A stretch of DNA of 63,637 nucleotides, filler included, from Rhabdomonas costata (lineage: Eukaryota): NCBI GenBank assembly GCA_019059605.1. It is 39 parts of 39 records of this genome, joined end to end, with 100 filler letters (N's around TTAATTAATTAA, not from the genome) between each part and the next. Parts side by side here need not be neighbours in the genome. Positions count along the whole stretch, not along the records: positions 58,847 to 60,379 come from JAHMHO010013625.1; positions 60,480 to 62,012 come from JAHMHO010013626.1; positions 62,113 to 63,637 come from JAHMHO010013627.1; 36 more parts are not named here. One strand, written 5' to 3'. Each line of letters opens with the position of its first letter. The first letter of the stretch is position 1. Position numbers and translations under genes: made by a program. Of the stretch, positions 59,449 through 63,637 are shown in pieces. The notes below the pieces were generated by a model. It was not told the origin of the DNA. It saw only the letters and a program-made list of their open reading frames with translations, and searched no databases.

Positions 59449-60479
59449 CTAAAAGATGGTAGGGTACCCCACAATTCGGGAGCTTCGGGCGATATGGGAC
59501 CAGAAGTGAGGACTGCCTCGACACAATTATGACTGTATACACAAACGCCAATCTCTCATACTGTCGTCGGGGAGGGGACATCCCACAGCACCCATCTGAC
59601 GGAAGGTCTTGCCTGCTACAGGCCTCTGGTTTTGTATTGTTGTGACCACCTGAAATGAAGGAAAGAAAGGGGAGCAGTAGTATCACATGCCCGGGTCAAA
59701 ACCATCGTGGGTGAATTTCCAACAGCGAGGCATTTTTTTTTTTGCTGTGCTTCAGGCTTAGATTCTCATCGTATAAATTGGGATTGGAGGTCTCTGGGCC
59801 AAACTTAGTTGGTGCACCAGCAACACCACAATTTACCAGCAGATTTTCGGTTCATTGTTGCTGCGACTTATAACCGCAAGTTCGGAGTGATTAGCTGGCG
59901 TCCAGGTCGCCCCTTTCTGAAAGACATGCAAGCAGCTTCTGGACCGCTAATACTCTTCTAAGATGAGTCTGGGCGGCAATCAATCGAAAGGTCAGGGGTT
60001 GAGGGGGGGGACCGAAGACAGGGCTGAAACCCTAGGATCTACTGAAGCTCATCGAACCATACCAAAGGTATTCACTATGGATGAGCACCCCTCCGCGCGT
60101 ACTCTGTACTGTAGTGGTGTCCTCTCATCATTACTCAGAGCAGTAGATGACCTCTGCAACAGAACATTGTGGGAGGGAAAGATACCGCTGTAGAAGGTGT
60201 AGACGCATCGCGCCCACAAGCCCTGCAGGGCGGTTGCGTCGCTTACCGCAGAGGATGTGGTGAACGCGTACAGCCACTCACCTTCAAAAAAGAAAGATAT
60301 TGATCACAGTTCCCGCACGCCGGAGCTTTCCTCAATGCACAGCAGAAAGCTTTACGCTCAGTACTGGACCACAAAAACANNNNNNNNNNNNNNNNNNNNN
60401 NNNNNNNNNNNNNNNNNNNNNNNTTAATTAATTAANNNNNNNNNNNNNNNNNNNNNNNNNNNNNNNNNNNNNNNNNNNN

Positions 60480-61250
60480 GGGGTTGGGGAAAGAATTCTG
60501 CGGAGACCAAGTTTGGAGCATCAGGGAAGCATGAGACGCACACCAGGAGAGGCCGACGGCAGGAAAGAGACCCCGACACTCCCAGGGGTGAGACATGAAA
60601 GCCGCAGCCGAAAGAAGGTGGAAGACGAGCACGTGTGCCCAGGAGTGCGATGCTGGCACGGGACGGCATGCAAGTTCCAACGGTGTCCCTTTGTGGACCC
60701 GAGGGAGGAGCACCTAGAACGAACCCGCGGAGAGTCGGACCCAGTGCGCAAAGGAACAAGTGGACCATCGAGCATCGCAAGTCATCAGAGCCTTTATGCT
60801 AGGGCCAACGGGAATCGACAGTACTCGCAGGCGCACCTGGGCAAGGAGTCAGTGAGGCAATCCTTAGGTACAGGAGGTTCAGCGGAAGAGGGCAGAAATA
60901 GTCCGCAACGCAACATTAGAGTGATGTGCTGGCACGGCAACTGCAACGCCTGTAGATAATTGCTCGTTTTTTATCCGAAGGAAAAGCCCCCCAGGGAAGG
61001 AGCGTGGAGTCGCAGAGACCTGAGCAGCAATGGAATACAGGTTGCCGCTGGAAAATAGCAGCTGCGCGACAAAGCCCCGGGAGGTTACCATATGTGGAAC
61101 GTTCGGGGGTGAGTAGGTTCCGGTTCCCCACGGCACCTTTCGCTCCAACGGCACCTTTCGAGCACCCATGGCCAACAGCGCGCGAGCCCGTCAGCCCACA
61201 GTGTCCCCAACAACCAAGCAACCAGTTAACCAGGCAACAGCCAGCTCAAT
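60480..61250 (+). mobile_element. Decayed multicopy element encoding tandem C-x5-C-x4-C-x3-H zinc fingers
   Basis: VRCWHGTACKFQRCPFVDP and VMCWHGN..ACR*; homologous to 3007-3165; in-frame stop. Confidence 0.6.
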
Positions 61251-61371
61251 GTGCCCAACACACACACACACTATATCCCTCTCTCTGTCGCTCTCAAACA
61301 AAAAATAAAGAGATGACTTTGCTGATTTCTTTTTCTTTTGGGTGCTCTTCACACCCATTACACTTTCGCAG

Positions 61372-61641
61372 GCCTCGCGCGTCCCGAAATGCTACTGGTC
61401 CTCCACTTCTTCAACCCGGGCCCGGACGGAGCTGAACCGCCTCTCCGAGCTCACCGCAGGCCAGGCTGAAGCCTTTCACCCCGGCACCCTCCGCCGGCCC
61501 ACTGCGGTGGGCCCCACAGGGCTGCTTCGAGAGTTCTCCCCACCTCCGCAGCCCAAGCCTACCTCTGAGGGCGAGCCCTCGGGTCGCTGTGGAGGGCGGC
61601 ACTGCAGGACAGAGACCACAAGGTCCCCACAACGACCGCTG
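61372..61641 (+). CDS. Putative internal exon of a hypothetical protein
   Basis: tttcgcag acceptor, gtatgg donor, open frame. Confidence 0.35.
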
Positions 61642-62247
61642 GTATGGGTGTGCCGACGTGCGGCTTTGTTTATTTTGATTTATGGTCCTTTCTCGTATCC
61701 CATCAAGACCGGGGTCAGCCTGCGCTAATTTTTTTCTACCATTGCGCTGCCAGATCTCATAATTACTCCGACTGCCACTATTCCATATGCAGGCTGGCCA
61801 GTGGTGCCCAGCGCGTTTCTCTTGCTGTGCGGGAAGCCTCCAGCAAAGACGGTTGCTTTTTCTCTTCGTTTTCTTAGGGCCCTCACCTCGCTGCACAATG
61901 CGAGCGCCCCGTCTGTGCAGCATACTCGCAAGGGGAGACCGCAAATGGGGAGCCTACACACCGGCCCCGAATCAGCGCGCACGCGGCCGCCTTGGGGTCG
62001 GACACCCAACACNNNNNNNNNNNNNNNNNNNNNNNNNNNNNNNNNNNNNNNNNNNNTTAATTAATTAANNNNNNNNNNNNNNNNNNNNNNNNNNNNNNNN
62101 NNNNNNNNNNNNTGTTTTTGGTACTTTTTGGTTTTTTTATTGGTGGTGTGGTCCACGCTGCCCGCCCATATCCCAGCCAATCCAGTCGGCAATTCCATTC
62201 AGATCAGATTTGTTGTCCCTGCATCGGGTCATGTGATTGTCCTTCAG

Positions 62248-63580
62248 CTGAAGAACACCTACCTGCCCAAGCTGACCTCCGGGGAGTGGACGGGAGTGAT
62301 GGACTTGACGGAGTCGCAGGCCGGGACGGACCTGAACCAAGTGAAGACCAAGGCCGTGCCTGTGGGCGATGGCACGTACAAGATCACCGGAGAGAAGATC
62401 TTCATCTCCTGCGGTGTGTGCGAGCTTCTTCTTCTTCTTCCCATTTTCTGGCTTCGTGGCTTCTGGCGCTTCAGAGATCTCATTGGTCACGTGCAAATTC
62501 GTTCGTTCTTTCTTCCAAAAGGTGAGCACGACATGTCCGACAACGTGATTCACATTGTTCTGGCTCGCCTACCGGTGTGCTTTTGCTATGTTTTGAAGCT
62601 TGCCTTTAAAAGAACTTTTGCGGCGAAAGCCACGTTCCCAATGTGTTAGGACCTTTCTCTTTTGCTTTTTGCTGCGGGCTTCAGGATGCCCCTCCGGGGA
62701 CCCGTGGAATCTCGCTGTTCCTGGTGCCCAAGTGGCTGGTGAACGAGAGTGGGGAGCCTATCAAGGACAATAAGAACGTGACTGTCAGCGGGATTGAGCA
62801 CAAGATGGGCATCAAGGGGTCCTGCACCTGCGTGTGCGTGTTCGACAACTCCGTTGGGTGGCTGATCGGGCAGGAGAACAAGGGTACGGTTCTCATCTTT
62901 TCGAGTGTTTTTCTGGTTGTGGTCAGGTGTTGTTTGGCCTCACTTTGAATGAAAGGCTAGGGCGCCTTGACGGCATTCGCCGCGATGTGCTGCAAAGTGA
63001 AGTCTTGTTTTAACATGGGTGATTGTACCAAGCAAACTCTGAGACGCCCTGCGGTGGGCGATGACCCCCATCACCTGTTTGAGAGTCCATGTCAGCACCC
63101 CCTACATTTGGGCAAGGAATGTCCGTTGAGAGGTGGGGGGAGGGGGGGTCGAACGATCTTTTATGTTGGGTATCGCTTTTGCTTCAACGTGTGCGGCATC
63201 AGGGCTGAAGCACATGTTCACCTTCATGAACCTGGCCCGTATCGGGTGTGTGTTGCCTTCCACCATTTAGAGGCTTTATGGGTGGGTTTTCCGCTTTGCT
63301 GATAAAGTGTGTTCTTTTGGTGTGTGACAGGACGTCGATGCAGGGCATTGGGACGATGGAGCTTGCGCTGCAGAACTCTGTTCCGTACACCCGCGAAAGG
63401 ATGTCCATGAGGGCGCTCAGGTATTGTTTTTGGCCTTTATGCATCTCACTTTGGGTTTTCAGGCAATTCGCTTCTTTCTTCGATGTGCACCTGCACTTTC
63501 CTCTGTTGTGTTTCAGCGGGACCAAGGAGAAGGACAAGCCCGGTGACCGCATCATCTGGCACCCTGATATTCGCCGAATG
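62248..63580 (+). CDS. Long-type acyl-CoA dehydrogenase; exons 62248-62413, 62522-62574, 62685-62883, 63203-63245, 63331-63420 and 63517-63580
   Basis: [79 protein letters not shown] and [10 protein letters not shown]. All five introns are GT-AG and in phase. Confidence 0.95.
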
Positions 63581-63637
63581 GTGTTAGCTTCTACTCTTCG
63601 TGCACCTTTGTGATTGCTACCCTTCCCACAACCCACC

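Larger units (their letters stand above)
1538..62112. other. 38 artificial 100-bp linkers (N44-TTAATTAATTAA-N44) joining 39 unlinked ~1.53-kb contigs; first 1538-1637, last 62013-62112
   Basis: The same spacer recurs about every 1634 bp, and TTAATTAATTAA gives stops in all six frames. Genes are cut off at the linkers and do not continue across them. Confidence 0.99.

Noticed and set aside
1..63637. rRNA, tRNA, CRISPR arrays or prokaryotic operons, and most short ORFs in the supplied track
   Set aside because: No such signatures were found by eye. Most ORFs use non-ATG starts, run into N blocks, or are antisense or intronic readings of a spliced genome.

Overview
This window is not one locus. 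It is 39 unlinked contigs of about 1.53 kb (size-sorted), joined by 38 identical artificial 100-bp linkers (N44-TTAATTAATTAA-N44, stops in all six frames). Adjacency across a linker therefore means nothing, and no multi-gene system can be inferred from gene order. The DNA is from an intron-rich eukaryote with GC-rich exons, short GT-AG introns and many (CA)n microsatellites. It is flagellated (radial spoke protein 3), and I infer, without proof, a euglenozoan or euglenid-like protist. Hand-splicing recovers partial genes for gamma-tubulin, RPL18, RSP3, coronin, an M3 oligopeptidase, an acyl-CoA dehydrogenase, an AGC kinase, a ZSWIM7-like protein, an mPGES-2-like protein, an arylsulfotransferase, an R-S-E ADP-ribosyltransferase, a GNAT, a longin protein and three Cache/HAMP/class III cyclase fragments. 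The most interesting signals lie within single contigs or are shared between them: a 456-bp LTR flanked by both a PPT and a tRNAi-Met PBS; a multicopy intronic element encoding tandem CCCH zinc fingers; a ~45-bp dispersed repeat with five copies; and several perfect hairpin or MITE elements. All identifications are motif recognition from memory; no searches were run.
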